Below are positions 53,401 through 63,095 of a stretch of DNA of 64,000 nt, piece by piece. The translations under genes and the position numbers were made by a program. The notes beneath the pieces were generated by a model. The model saw only the letters and a list, made by a program, of their open reading frames with translations. It searched no databases and was not told where the DNA came from. The first letter of the stretch is position 1; every line of letters starts with the position of its first letter. The DNA is taken from the NCBI GenBank assembly GCA_951406725.2, contig OX597820.1, positions 4,402,001 to 4,466,000 on the forward strand, read 5' to 3'. This DNA is from Octopus vulgaris (taxonomy: Eukaryota).

Positions 53401-53728
53401 TGAAGGTCCCCGTATTTGTACAGGAACTTTCTGAGTGTAGAACGAAGGTTTGACATGGAGACCTGGGACATAACTTGAACTCAATCGCTACTACTACTAC
53501 TATTACTACTACACACGCACATGCTAAACGACATCGTAACATACACCACCACCCAAACCACCACCACCACCATGCTGTTGTCCGTCTTAAAACACTTCTT
53601 GGACAATTAAGTCGTTCAACTGCTTTTAATTGCGTGAACGCACTTCGTCTTAATTAAAATTTATATACAAAAATAACCTACCCGTAGGCACCACGCCCGA
53701 CCACTTTAATTTTCTCATATTTCTCCAT
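5019..53728 (-). CDS. NEK8: NIMA-related serine/threonine kinase Nek8 (kinase + RCC1 repeats), whole gene span, 16 coding exons, 678 aa
   Basis: Spliced by hand. All 15 introns are GT..AG with matching phases and the exons sum to 2037 nt. Kinase motifs GRGAYG, IIK, HRDLK, DFG, SPE and DIWALG are intact, followed by RCC1 repeats closely resembling vertebrate NEK8. Confidence 0.95.
6903..7064 (-). CDS. NEK8: NEK8 exon 15 ([17 protein letters not shown]...[13 protein letters not shown])
   Basis: 162 nt, acceptor gttgcag, donor AG|GTAAGT. Confidence 0.95.
9071..9210 (-). CDS. NEK8: NEK8 exon 14 (YNKLGLD...[12 protein letters not shown])
   Basis: 140 nt, acceptor ccttttag, donor AG|GTAAGT. Confidence 0.94.
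10302..10681 (-). mobile_element. Non-autonomous Helitron
   Basis: Minus strand 5'-TC...CCCGAGCAACGCCGGG hairpin...CTAG-3', sitting between A and T; second copy at 44109..44506. Confidence 0.8.
11230..11457. mobile_element. Possible piggyBac-type MITE remnant
   Basis: Left end TTAACCCTTTTGTTAC; degenerate inverted right end GGTATCGAAAGATTTGAA. Confidence 0.35.
11521..11671 (-). CDS. NEK8: NEK8 exon 13 ([13 protein letters not shown]...[10 protein letters not shown]...CGNNR)
   Basis: 151 nt, acceptor ttctcag, donor AG|GTCAGT. Confidence 0.94.
13101..13140 (-). ncRNA. Variant minimal hammerhead-like motif
   Basis: Minus strand: CTTT-CTGTTGA-A-GAG(CAGAGA)CTC-GAAA-TGT-A-AAAAG; A6 replaced by U. 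Confidence 0.45.
13317..13434 (-). CDS. NEK8: NEK8 exon 12 ([40 protein letters not shown])
   Basis: 118 nt, acceptor caccag, donor G|GTAAGT. Confidence 0.95.
15618..15907 (+). mobile_element. CR1-group LINE 3' fragment
   Basis: Translates [39 protein letters not shown]...LFKVSLD (typical CR1 ORF2 C-terminus); (TAAC)n tail. Confidence 0.75.
16458..16852 (-). mobile_element. tRNA-derived SINE family A
   Basis: Reverse complement of 24453..24850. Confidence 0.85.
18855..18899 (+). ncRNA. Degenerate hammerhead ribozyme (same family as 2875..2919)
   Basis: TGTCG-CTGAAGA-G-GTCACA(GATG)TGTGAC-AAAA(G12 mutated)-GATTTC-CGGACA. Confidence 0.6.
19265..19382. repeat. Inverted repeat, ~50-bp arms
   Basis: GATGACCACTAAGTGGACATCCATTATGCTAGAGGTA... 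and its reverse complement. Confidence 0.9.
20769..20845 (-). CDS. NEK8: NEK8 exon 11 ([26 protein letters not shown])
   Basis: 77 nt, acceptor ttttacag, donor CAT|GTGAGT; RCC1 GCLG motif. Confidence 0.94.
20985..21655 (+). mobile_element. R4/Dong-clade non-LTR retrotransposon 3' fragment (Zn knuckle + restriction-like endonuclease)
   Basis: [63 protein letters not shown]. Confidence 0.8.
21949..22164. repeat. (GAT)n microsatellite, ~70 units with GAG interruptions
   Basis: Directly visible. Other microsatellites: (CTA)n 7161-7232, (TA)n 12798-12871, (ACC/GCC)n 14465-14577, (TACA)n compound 18245-18595, (CA)n 25524-25680, (ACC)n 27800-27945, (GA)n 42815-42992. Confidence 0.95.
22178..22322 (-). 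CDS. NEK8: NEK8 exon 10 ([12 protein letters not shown]...[26 protein letters not shown])
   Basis: 145 nt, acceptor actttcag, donor AG|GTTAGT. Confidence 0.93.
24071..24243 (-). CDS. NEK8: NEK8 exon 9 (...[47 protein letters not shown])
   Basis: Donor GAG|GTAAGG; the exon start is ambiguous (24243 or in-frame 24231); first RCC1-like repeat. Confidence 0.88.
24453..24850 (+). mobile_element. tRNA-derived SINE family A
   Basis: A-box GTGGCTGTGTGG, B-box-like GG(T)TCAGTCCC, internal (TA)n(TG)n, tail GGCGGTGCTCCAGCATGGCCGCAG..GAAACAAGTAAAAGAG. Copies at 30457-30865, 33833-34230, 37987-38377, 60973-61387, 63251-63670(-); older copies at 27215-27595 and 37442-37850. Confidence 0.85.
28094..28176 (-). 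CDS. NEK8: NEK8 exon 8, linker ([27 protein letters not shown])
   Basis: 83 nt, acceptor ctctctaccag, donor AG|GTAGGT; phase 2 to 1 joins exons 7 and 9 in frame; sequence itself poorly conserved. Confidence 0.8.
29955..30163 (-). CDS. NEK8: NEK8 exon 7 ([29 protein letters not shown]...KRPTINQI...)
   Basis: 209 nt, acceptor ctcccag, donor AG|GTTCGT; end of kinase C-lobe. Confidence 0.93.
33004..33192 (+). pseudogene. U2 snRNA retrocopy, near full length
   Basis: CTCGGCCTTTTGGCTAAGATCAAAGTGTAGTATCTGTTCT with branch-recognition GTGTAGTA at 33033-33040, Sm-like ATTTTTAG at 33102, and stem-loop IV CCTGGTATTGCAGT. The upstream flank is a retroelement (GAT)n tail rather than an snRNA promoter. 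Confidence 0.9.
33634..33715 (-). CDS. NEK8: NEK8 exon 6 ([27 protein letters not shown])
   Basis: 82 nt, acceptor ttccttaaccatttacaaag, donor TCG|GTAAGT. Confidence 0.95.
33716..36607 (-). other. U12-type (minor spliceosome) GT-AG intron, NEK8 intron 5
   Basis: 5' splice site GTATCCTTT (36607..36599); branch site TTCCTTAAC (33735..33727) followed by only 11 nt to the exon; no polypyrimidine tract. Confidence 0.92.
36608..36657 (-). CDS. NEK8: NEK8 exon 5 ([17 protein letters not shown])
   Basis: 50 nt, acceptor ctcttccag, donor CC|GTATCCTTT (U12-type). Confidence 0.93.
39820..39986. repeat. Degenerate ~22-bp minisatellite
   Basis: Recurrent (A)CTGTTCACTA-NATTTAATACA units; continues after 40293. 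Confidence 0.6.
39983..40242. repeat. Near-perfect inverted repeat, 118-bp arms, 24-bp spacer
   Basis: Arms 39983-40100 and 40125-40242; two mismatches seen. Confidence 0.92.
40651..40827 (-). CDS. NEK8: NEK8 exon 4 (VILHYF...[11 protein letters not shown]...[17 protein letters not shown])
   Basis: 177 nt, acceptor ccacag, donor ACG|GTAAGA; HRD and DFG motifs. Confidence 0.95.
43940..43995 (-). CDS. NEK8: NEK8 exon 3 ([19 protein letters not shown])
   Basis: 56 nt, acceptor tttaaag, donor GAG|GTCAGT; phase 1 to 0 fits neighbours. Confidence 0.92.
44109..44506 (-). mobile_element. Non-autonomous Helitron (second copy)
   Basis: Near-identical to 10302..10681, with the same TC/CTAG ends and subterminal hairpin. 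Confidence 0.8.
47832..48212 (-). pseudogene. Partial duplicate of NEK8 exon 2 with upstream intron
   Basis: Copy of about 49270..49641; keeps the acceptor and the first 124 exon nt (47955..47832) but lacks the donor. Confidence 0.9.
49188..49393 (-). CDS. NEK8: NEK8 exon 2 (TVYLCRR...[22 protein letters not shown]...MIVMEYAQ)
   Basis: 206 nt, acceptor ttccag, donor AG|GTTTGT; catalytic Lys and helix-C Glu. Confidence 0.95.
49660..50412 (+). mobile_element. 5'-truncated RTE LINE: ORF C-terminus continuous with family D 3' UTR
   Basis: [21 protein letters not shown] runs directly into family D repeats and the (GAT)n tail, showing that family D is this LINE's 3' end. Confidence 0.85.
52614..52995 (+). 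mobile_element. tRNA-derived SINE family B
   Basis: Head GGAGGCGCAATGGCCCAGTGGTTAGGGCAGCGGACTCGCGG...GTTTCGATTCCC. The copies at 36059-36350 and 51658-51960 share the head but have different 3' halves. Confidence 0.8.
53682..53728 (-). CDS. NEK8: NEK8 exon 1 ([16 protein letters not shown])
   Basis: ATG at 53728, 47 nt, donor GG|GTAGGT; glycine-rich loop. Confidence 0.93.
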
Positions 53729-54585
53729 ATGGAATAATTGTAAAGATTACAAATTCAGAAGCCTGCAGGATTTAGGGATGAACAGGGGACACGCAACATC
53801 AATTATAAAACTAACAAAACTTTAGAATGTTTTTGTTTTGTTTTTTGAGACACGGAAGACAAAGTTGGGAGTTATTTCCCCTTGAAGGTTAATTACGGAA
53901 GCCTATAAGTGTAACAATTGTTTAAGCGCCAGTTTAAGACAATTTAGCGCCAATCTGCGACAATTGTTAACTTCCATATCTGTTTCTATTTTTCTTGCTC
54001 ACCTCCGAAATTGTTTCCTTATAACTTTCTCCTTATTGCGAATTCTTTAATGAAATTTTGTAACGATATGTTTTCATAAATGTAGATAACGAGAATATTA
54101 ATGTAATCTTTCTAAGATTAAAAAAAAAAAAAAATTTTTCAGCAAAAATTCATAAAAAACAAAAACAAAAATATACAATACTCAGAAATTTCAGGTTTGC
54201 AATTGTCTGCCAAATGATGTGGAATTTGGTTGTGTGTTGAAACTAAAACGTTTACAGTGTCGATGACATATTTAGCCATTCAAATATACACAGAGACTTT
54301 TCATCATCATCATCATCGTTGTTTAACGTCCGTTTTCCATGCTGGCATGGGTTGGACGGTTTGACTAAGGGTTGGCAAGCCAGAAGGCTGCACTAGGCTC
54401 CAATATGATCTGGCAAGGTTTCTACAGCTGGATGCCCTTCCTAATGCCAACCACTCTGAGAGTGTAGTGGGTGATTTATACGTGCCACTGGCATGGGGGC
54501 CAGTCAGGTGGCACAAGCATCGACCACATTTGGATGGTGCTTTTTACGTGCCACCAGTACAGGGAGCCAGTGAGGTGGTACTGGC

Positions 54586-55950
54586 AATGGGTCTACCAAA
54601 TGAACAAAAGTACTGCTTTTATGATATTCTCCTGCAGGCTACCTCAAAGACAAATGACAATGATCTCATCTTCATGGCTGGGGATTTCAATGGGCATGTT
54701 GGACAGCAGCCTGGTATCATCTACGGGCAGTGGGGGGATCCATGGAATTGATTCCTGAAATGAAGAGGGGACAAGGCTACTGGAATTCTGTAACACAAAT
54801 AACCTATTACAGAGGCCGGTGGCACGTAAAATGCACCATCCGATCGTGGCCGTTGCCAGCCTTGCCTGGGCCCCGTGCCGGTGGCATGTAAAAAGCACCA
54901 TCCGTCTGTGGCCGTTTGCCAGCCCCGTCTGGCACCTGTGCGGGTGGCACGTAAAAAGCACCCACTACACTCACGGAGTGGTTGGCGTTAGGAAGGGTAT
55001 CCAGCCGTAGAAACATTGCTAGATCAAACTGGGCCTGGTGCAGCCTTCTGGCTTCCCGGACCCCAGTTGAACCGTCCAACCCATGCTAGCATGGAAAGCG
55101 GACGCTAAATGATGATGACGATGAGAGGCATCAAACTGCTGGATTAGGTGATGAAAGTCACAGAAAGGGTCATAGATCAATTAATTAGGAAGAGAACTAG
55201 TGTAGATGAGATACAGTTCAGATTTGCACCCAGCAGGAACACAATCAATGCTGGATTACTGGACCATAACAGAGAAATTTGAGGCTGGCTGCCCCTGGGA
55301 GCTCCACTATGCTGATGATCACATTCTTATAGTTGAATCACAACAAGAGCTAGAGAGGAAATTTCAGGCCTTGGAGTAAATCTAGCAAAAACCAAAGTCT
55401 TAGTAAGTAGGAGAGCAGACAAATCACAAATCCCTTCAGGTAGATGGCCCTCTGTGATCTGTAGAAAAGACATAGGTAGTAACTCCATAAGATCTACCCA
55501 GTGTAAGCTGTGGACATATAAGTGGTGCAGCAATATCAGAGCAAAGTTAATAGGGATAATAGTTCTTGTGTGTGGGAGGTGCACAGCAAAAGGTACAGAA
55601 AATAGACTCTATCAAATGCCAGTGGGGAAAACAAGAGGTAGTAGATAACTTCTGTAACCTAGGTGACCAAGTTAGTAGCTGAGGTGGATGATCAAGAACA
55701 TAGCTACTAGAATAAGAAAAGGCTGGGCAAAGCTCAGAGAGCTCCTACCTCTATTGGTTAAAAAAGGGCCTCTCCATCAGAGTGAAAGGCAGATTGTACA
55801 ATGCCTGTGTGTGAACAGCTATGCTATGTGGCAGTGAAACATGGACTGTGACTGTTGAGGACATGTGTAGGCTTGAAAGAAATGAAGCCAGAGGCATCAG
55901 GGGTAGTGTGCAAGAGAGATCACTGTGCTGGTATGGTTATGTGGTGTGTA
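54586..55950 (+). mobile_element. Fragmented RTE LINE (APE endonuclease remnant + RT), interrupted by family D
   Basis: AGDFNGHVG, ELHYADD, LYNACV..MLCGSETW. Confidence 0.75.
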
Positions 55951-56335
55951 GAGATTGAGATCACTATACTGGCAGTGCAAGACCAAGCTTTGGCCAAGAA
56001 CTGGAGGGTCGACCTTCGGAATGAGCAAGTGTCTCCACTGTGCCGCATCTGTAACAGAGTGGATGAAACCATTGCCCATATCACAAATGAAAATTCCTTG
56101 GACCTGCCCCAAATCACTACAAGTTGTAGTGACACAATCAGAGAGCAAAAGTGCTACGTTGGGAAACTGTGCAAAAAGTGGAGGCTAGAGAGAGGTAAGA
56201 TGTGGTATGAGCACAAACTGCAGAGACTAGCAAAATCTTCTGGGATTTCCCAATCCAAACAGATCAGGTGCTTGAGCATAACAGACCGGAACTAGTGGAG
56301 GTGGTGGACAAAGTGCACCACATGTGTTATATAGC
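55950..56335 (+). mobile_element. R4/Dong-like fragment
   Basis: AVQDQALA, CRICNRVDETIAHI, WYEHK, WDFPIQTD..EHNRPEL. Confidence 0.7.
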
Positions 56336-56419
56336 TGATGTTATATAACTGATATTATTATTTTTATTATTCATACACTCAACAGATTAGATTGTTGGAA
56401 AAGAAAAGAACTCTAACAC

Positions 56420-57840
56420 TGGGTTACAACAAGAAGCCTTAGAATTGGGTTGCAGCAAGTAACCTTAGATGCCAAAACCCCACTAAGTCTTCTAGCTGTC
56501 CCTAATAACACTGTTTTCTGCAGCTGTACTAAACTGGGTTTTATGTCTATTTCCTCAATCTATCTGTTCAAATGTTTAGGGATAGTTCCCAATACACCTA
56601 TAACTACTGGGATACATTTTACACGCACTTTCCTTAGTCTCAATAGCTAAGTCCTGGTACTTTGCTATTTTTTCTATCCCCCACTACTCTAGGCACAAGA
56701 CCCGAAATTTTTGGGGAGGAGGCCAGTCGATTAGATTGACACCAGTGTGCAACTGGTACTCAATTTATCAACCCTGAAAGGATGAAAGGCAAAGCCGAGC
56801 TCAGCGGAATTTGAACTCACTGCCTTAAATATACCTCTCATATTGACTTTCTCATCATTTGGGACTTTAAAGTCAATTTATCTGGCACTTTTTATTCGCT
56901 TTATTTACTACTACCAAATCAGACCTTCTAGCTTCTATTACTCTGTCAGTCTGAATGTTAAAGTCCCACAACATCCTGTATTCCTAACTTTCTACTACTT
57001 TACCAGCTTCGTGTTCATACCATTTATCAATATGTTCAAATCCTAGCTTTCTACTAAGCTCCCAGTGGATGCCTCTCCCGAGATGTCTTTTCTTGTATTC
57101 TTTCTGTGCCAGCATCCTACATTCATTTACTGTGAGAGTAACGCCTTCCTATTTTGATTAACATAATCTACATTGGGAATCTATTTGGTTTTTGTCTATT
57201 TTGGCTTTTATCCACTTGTTCCTTAATGCTTGATCCTGTGCTGCTACTAACAAACTTTCTCTCTCCTTTTTCAGCTTTTCGTTCTGCAACCATAACCATG
57301 TCTCACTACTTTTATTTGCTGAAACTATCTTTGGGAATCTACCATGCAATACCTTCTCCTGCCAGTCAGATAATTTCTGTTCTTTTTTTTTTCTGGTTTT
57401 TAACTTCATTTGGATTTTTGGTTTCCCTGTGTCTTGTTGTGACCCTAGCAGCTTTTAATAAACTTCCTTCGCTATTACCTACATAGGAGTCTATGTCTAC
57501 CCTAGCTAACTCCACACAGTCTTCTACTGATATTAACCCTCTTCCGTCTTCCTTTCCAAGTAGGTATAATCTTGCTACTCCTGCCCTTCATGGTGGAGTC
57601 CTCCATTCATATTGAATTCCTTCCTAGTTCTTCTGTCTAGATTTGCTAATTCAGTTTTTGTCTAATCTACAAAAGTTGCTGAGTATCGAAGTAATGATAC
57701 TGTCCAAGTATTTACAGACTTCTCTAGATTCGAACCATTTAGCTTTGACTTTATTAGCTTCCTCAGCCTTTTCATGTACTCCTTCTCAATTTTTGTTTTC
57801 ATTTCTATAGTTAGTACTTCGTCAGATTCTAATTTTACAA
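56420..57840 (-). mobile_element. R4/Dong-clade LINE fragment (degenerate)
   Basis: KEYMKRLRKLIKSKLNG..VNTWTVSLLRYS, LHGRF, ESLLVAAQDQALR, CRLC. Confidence 0.8.
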
Positions 57841-57919
57841 CTGGCAAAAAGAAAAAGAAAGAAAAAAAAACCAAAGGCAAAAAGTAAAAGGAAGAATATT
57901 TAATCAAATAGGTTTTATA

Positions 57920-58466
57920 AATTTGATGATATTCCCCTGTCATTTTATTCATTCCATCAGGGCACGGTGTTAATAACTCGCAAACATATTTCTTCTCATG
58001 CATTTTGAGGACTGAAAGTGTGGCAGATTCAGAATATTTTTCCGAGAAGAGGCATTTTCAAGTCTTTTCCAAAATTGAAGCTGTTTGATGCAAAATGTTC
58101 GGCAGGTTCGGTCAAACTACTGCTATTGTGCCTGACGTCATATCTCTGCCCACTGAATCTTTTGTTTAATTATTCTGTTGTACAACCAACATAAATCAAG
58201 TTGTGTTTTGTGCATTCTGCTGCATACACCAAATGGGAATCTCTACACGTCCCACCTTCTGTATAAATCATAACATTTCTGTTATGATTCCTGATGGAAT
58301 TCACTTGACTCATGTTGTTGCGCAATGAACAGGTCTTACCTCTATTGCAGCTGTTTTTCAAGGTACAGTGCACAGAAACTCCAATGTTGGTTTTCTTGGA
58401 GTCAGAAGTAGAGATTAATAATTCTCTCACATTTTTATTCTCTCTAGAAGCTACTATAGGTGACAT
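57920..58466 (-). mobile_element. Penelope-like GIY-YIG endonuclease pseudo-ORF (second family, Neptune-like)
   Basis: Cys-rich linker, then TCRDSHLVYAAECTKHNLIYVGCTTE*LNKRF..AEHF..HEKKYVCELLTPCPDGMN, with an in-frame stop. Confidence 0.75.
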
Positions 58467-59107
58467 GGAACATTAGTTTGAAATTATAATATTCTTCCAC
58501 AAGATGTTGGTAATTTTCATCTAACACTTTTGAAATGCCAGCAACATTTCGGCGGTGCCAGTTAATCACTGAAGGAATTCTGTCACACATTTTACTTTGT
58601 TTGCTAAAAGTATGCCTGAAAGTTTCCCTTTCTTTGCTAATCTTAGTTATGTCATTCGCGATTCCCTTTACTCATGATTCACTGTAACTGTGTTTGGCAT
58701 AATGACTTACAAAAGCATTTGCTTGTTTCCAGCAATCCCCTTCATCAGTACAAATCCATTTTATCTTCAAAAATTAGTATTTCGGATTTGACCGAATAAT
58801 ATGATGTGGATGATCGGGGCGGCGGTGGAGGCAAAAGTTGGATGACGTGGGCTTCCAAAATAACTCTGTCACTCGATAGTTTAATTGACTTTTTGTTTGT
58901 GTTTCTGTGACTGTTATGCCAAAAACTCAGGCTGACATAAAATTTACATTGAATTTTTGGACACAAAAGTTAAGTTTTCAGGAGGCAGAATAGATCTTGT
59001 ACCAAAACTGGGAAAAATTATTATCATTGTTGTTGTTAGTAGCTGCTTGTTAGTGAATTATAAATTTAACGATGCTACCATTTTCCAACTCTCTCAGACT
59101 TTCTTGT

Positions 59108-60463
59108 TCATTGTTTTACAGCTGTGATATTCTGTCTCTTTGTCACAGATTTAAGAAATTGTTCTTGTTGCAAAAGCCATTTTCTTTTCTTGCTTTGCAG
59201 GAATTCTTTTGTTTTTTCACTATCTTTGAGTTTTGCATTATGCCTGACATGTGGAAGATTACGATAATAGTACCAGTTGAGCTGATCACCATTTTGGCTT
59301 AGCCTTCTGTTTGTTAACCACTCTTCTAAACAGTCTAAGACAATAGAATCGGTATCTTCATCAAATTTGTTGGCTACTATTTGGGGACAGCTTGTGAGCC
59401 ATGGAAGATCTCCGATACTATAAATACAAACACTATGTTTTGATTTACCGGAACATTTAACTGGATCCCAATCCCATATAACAGCTTTTGAGACAAAGTT
59501 ATGTTTATCATGTCGGATTTCAACGCCACCAGAGCCACCTGGGGCAAATTCTAGGGAATTAAGAGTTGACCAGATATTTTCTTCTGGTGAGGATGTATCA
59601 TTCAGCCAATTAAAAATGGTCATTGCAACATCATCTTCTAAGACAAATTCAACAAAGTCTCGTGAAAACATCCCATAAGCACTTCCTTTATACAACTGTA
59701 TTTGATATTTCAATGGTAGTTTGCTTTCATTTGTTTTACTCAGTGATTTCTCATTGATTTTTATTTTATATTTTACACGCCAATCTAAATGTTTGGGGTG
59801 CTTGAATGCTTCAATATCGTTAGTTCCATTGAAAATCTTCAGAATTTCAACTAATTCCAGGTTTGTCTTCAATGGAAATTCTTGACCAGTAAGATTTATG
59901 TAGTATTTCCATTTTACATTGGATTTGATGCATGCCTTCATGCATTCTACTTCAGCTTGTAAATGCCTAAAAGTAGCATATACAACATTTATTCGATTCT
60001 CTGCAAGTACAACATTTGGTAGACAAGTGCTGATGCTTTTTATCAGTTCAAATGTATTGTTATCAGTCTTCGCATCAACATGGATACAATAAACATTATG
60101 TGGCAAGTAGATTGCTCTTAGTAATCTTTCAAATTGCTTTGGTTTGTCATACATTTTGATGGCAAATGCAATTGGGTAATCAAGCTCCATTTGAGTAGCC
60201 GGTTTGCTAAAATATCCATGGAACAGACAGAAATTGGAACAATTTTCTAAAAGTTTCTTCAGAGTATAAATGGTATCTGTATTTTGTTTTATTAAGCTAA
60301 CCTTTTCGACATAGTCAGGATTGCCTCTCAATAGAAGCCTGCAATCTACCATCTTTTTCTGATCTTCTGGACTTTCTAATGCTTTGCTGTAATACCATTT
60401 GCTTAAAAGCATGAAGGTTGCCCCACATATAAGTAGATGGACGATACGTACTTTCAGCTTCAT
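59108..60463 (-). CDS. Core-2/I-branching beta-1,6-N-acetylglucosaminyltransferase (GCNT-like, GT14), 451 aa
   Basis: Uninterrupted ORF with an N-terminal signal anchor (IVHLLICGATFMLL) and motifs PIAFAI, LLRAIYLPHNVYCIHVD, WKYYINLTGQEFPLKTN, GSAY, SPEE, HSVCIY and ANKFD. A pyrimidine-rich acceptor ends 12 nt upstream of the ATG (exon start 60475), so the 5' UTR exon lies further right. Confidence 0.93.
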   Translation of the reverse strand: MKLKVRIVHLLICGATFMLLSKWYYSKALESPEDQKKMVDCRLLLRGNPDYVEKVSLIKQNTDTIYTLKKLLENCSNFCLFHGYFSKPATQMELDYPIAFAIKMYDKPKQFERLLRAIYLPHNVYCIHVDAKTDNNTFELIKSISTCLPNVVLAENRINVVYATFRHLQAEVECMKACIKSNVKWKYYINLTGQEFPLKTNLELVEILKIFNGTNDIEAFKHPKHLDWRVKYKIKINEKSLSKTNESKLPLKYQIQLYKGSAYGMFSRDFVEFVLEDDVAMTIFNWLNDTSSPEENIWSTLNSLEFAPGGSGGVEIRHDKHNFVSKAVIWDWDPVKCSGKSKHSVCIYSIGDLPWLTSCPQIVANKFDEDTDSIVLDCLEEWLTNRRLSQNGDQLNWYYYRNLPHVRHNAKLKDSEKTKEFLQSKKRKWLLQQEQFLKSVTKRQNITAVKQ

Positions 60464-61725
60464 AATTCTGTTTAACTAAAGGGAGGAAAAAATGAAAGAA
60501 AGAAAGAAAAAGTAGAATAAAATGAAAATATTGCAGGACCAATATAAAAATGAATGTGAATGATAATAGAAATAATTTTTGTGATAATTGAGTAAAAGTT
60601 ATAATTTAAAATGTCACAAACATTCCTGTAAAATACATCTGAAAAAAACATACCTCAATCATGGTTGTTTCTCTGAGAATAATTTCAATTAGTCAAGCCT
60701 GTTAATTAGTGTTTGTAGCAATCAACTACAAAATGCCTCAGCTGAGATTCAAAAGCGAATCCACATTTTTCCACACTGGCAAATAAATCCTTGGCCTATT
60801 GTCTTAGACTTTTTGTACTAAGGGATTAAGGAAAATAAATTGACATCTTAGACTTTTTTGAGTTGATCGCAGTTCAAACCTGTGATTATGTACAACCTGC
60901 ATAAAAAAAAAGAGGGATATGGTGGATAATACAAACTTTTGTCCATGTTTTGTCCAAGCTTTTTGTCCATATGCGCAGGAGTGGCTGTGTGGTAAGTAGC
61001 TTGCTGACCAACCACATGGTTCCGGGTTCAGTCCCACTGCGTGGCATCTTGGGCAAGTGTCTTCTGCTATAGCCCCGGGCCGACCAATGCCTTGTGAGTG
61101 GATTTGGTAGATGGAAACTGAAAGAAGCCTGTCGTATATATGTATATATATATGTGTGTGTGTATATGTTTGTGTGTCTGTGTTTGTCCCCCTAGCATTG
61201 CTTGACAACTGATGCTGGTGTGTTTACGTCCCCGTCACTTAGCGGTTCGGCAAAAGAGACCGATGGAATAAGTACTGGGCTTACAAAGAATAAGTCCCGG
61301 GGTTGATTTGCTCGACTAAAGGCAGTGCTCCAGCATGGCCGCAGTCAAATGACTGAAACAAGTAAAAGAGTAAAAGAGTAAAGAGAGTTTTCTTTAAATT
61401 ATTTTATTTACTGAATTTGAAGGAAAGAATAATGTTCATGGCTTTTTACAGATCCTCTCAGACGGAGAAATAGATGCCATTAATATTCCACATGAGACTT
61501 TGTAAGTCAGCATCAGAGGGGAAGACATGTGTAGAGAAGGGATTTCAGAGGCAGACATTTTGGGAAAGAAAGGGCTCCAGAGGAGGATATTTTAGGAAAG
61601 AAGGGCTGCGAAGGCTAAAAATCAACAACTGGAAGATAAAATTACAAGTTATTAAATTGCTGTGGAATAATGAGGGATACAAATACCAAGAGGCACTTCA
61701 AGACGATAAGAAAATGGAAAGAGAA

Positions 61726-63095
61726 ATCATCATCATCATCATCATCATCATTTAATGTCCGTTTTCCATGCTGGCATGGGTTTTCGGTTTGACCAGGGCT
61801 GGCATGCTGGAAGGCTGCACCAGACTCCAGTCTGATTTGGCATGGTTTTACTACAGCTGGATAATCTTCCTAACGCTAACCACTCTGAGAGTGTAATGGG
61901 TGCTTTTGCATGCCACTTGTGTGACACTGGTATCTGTCACAAATGCGCTTTTGCTCAGCTTGGTGGATCTTCTTTTCAAGTACGATGTAATGCCAAGGGT
62001 CTTGGTCATTGCCTCCGTGAGGTTGAACACTTGAAAGGAGCTCAGCCACTTTGCATCTGTGAAGCCTAACATTTGAAGGGTGCATTTTACGTGCCACTGG
62101 CACAGGTGCCAGTTACATGACACCAGGATCAGCCATGACTACAATTTCACTTGGCTTGACGAGTCCTCTCAAGCTCAGTACATCATCAAAGGTCTTGGTC
62201 ACCAGTCATTGCCTCCATGAGGCCCAACATTCGAAGATCATACTTCACCACTTTGTCCCATGTCTTCCTGGGTTCCCTCCATAGTTAGAGATTGGCACTG
62301 CTTTACACAACTGTCCTCGATGAAACACGTCACATGACCATAGCAGTACAGTTATCTCTCTTGCACACCACACCTGATGCATCTTATGCCCAATTTTCCT
62401 CTCACGATGCTTACACCCTGTTGAACATGCACATCCAACAATGCATACTGGCTTCATCCCTCTCAAGCCTATGCATGTCCTCGGCTGTCGCAGCCCATGT
62501 TTCACTGCCATGTGGCATAGCTGTTCACACACAGATATCAAACAATCTGCTTTTCATTCTGAGAGAGAGGCCCTTTGTTACCAGCAGGGGTAGGATCTCT
62601 CTGAACTTCGTCAAGCCTAATCTTATTCTCACAGCTACGCTCTCGGAGCATCCACCTCCACTACTAACTTGGTCACCTAGATAACGGAAGCTATCTACTA
62701 CCTCTAGCTTACCCACCTGGCAGTTGATGGAATCTATTTTCTGTACATTTTCAGCATTTATTGTACTTGTGCATCTTCCACATACAAAAGTTAGTTTCTC
62801 TGTTAACCTTCCTCTGATATTGCTGCTACTTTTGTGAGTCTAAAGCTTACATTGGAAGCATCTTATGGAGTTTCTACCTACGCCTTTTGTACAGATTGAG
62901 CAGGACCATCTACCTGAAGAGATTTGTTATTTGTCTGTCTTCCTACTTACTAAGACTTTGGTTTTTGCTAGGTTAACTCTAAGGCCCTTTGAGTCTAGAC
63001 CTTGCTTCCATACTTGGAACTTCTCTGGTTCTGGTAGTGATTCAAGTATAAGAGCAAAGTCATCAACATAGAGGAGCTCCCAGGGGCAGCTCTTT
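61726..63095 (-). mobile_element. RTE LINE RT fragment with 3' UTR
   Basis: Inverted homologue of 181..1120 (ELLYVDD, LEVVDSFRYLG), followed by a family D-type tail. Confidence 0.85.

Noticed and set aside
53730-54060. RFX X-box or E2F sites in the NEK8 promoter
   Set aside because: Only weak partial matches (GTTTCCTTATAAC, TTTAGCGCCAA), and the transcription start is unknown.
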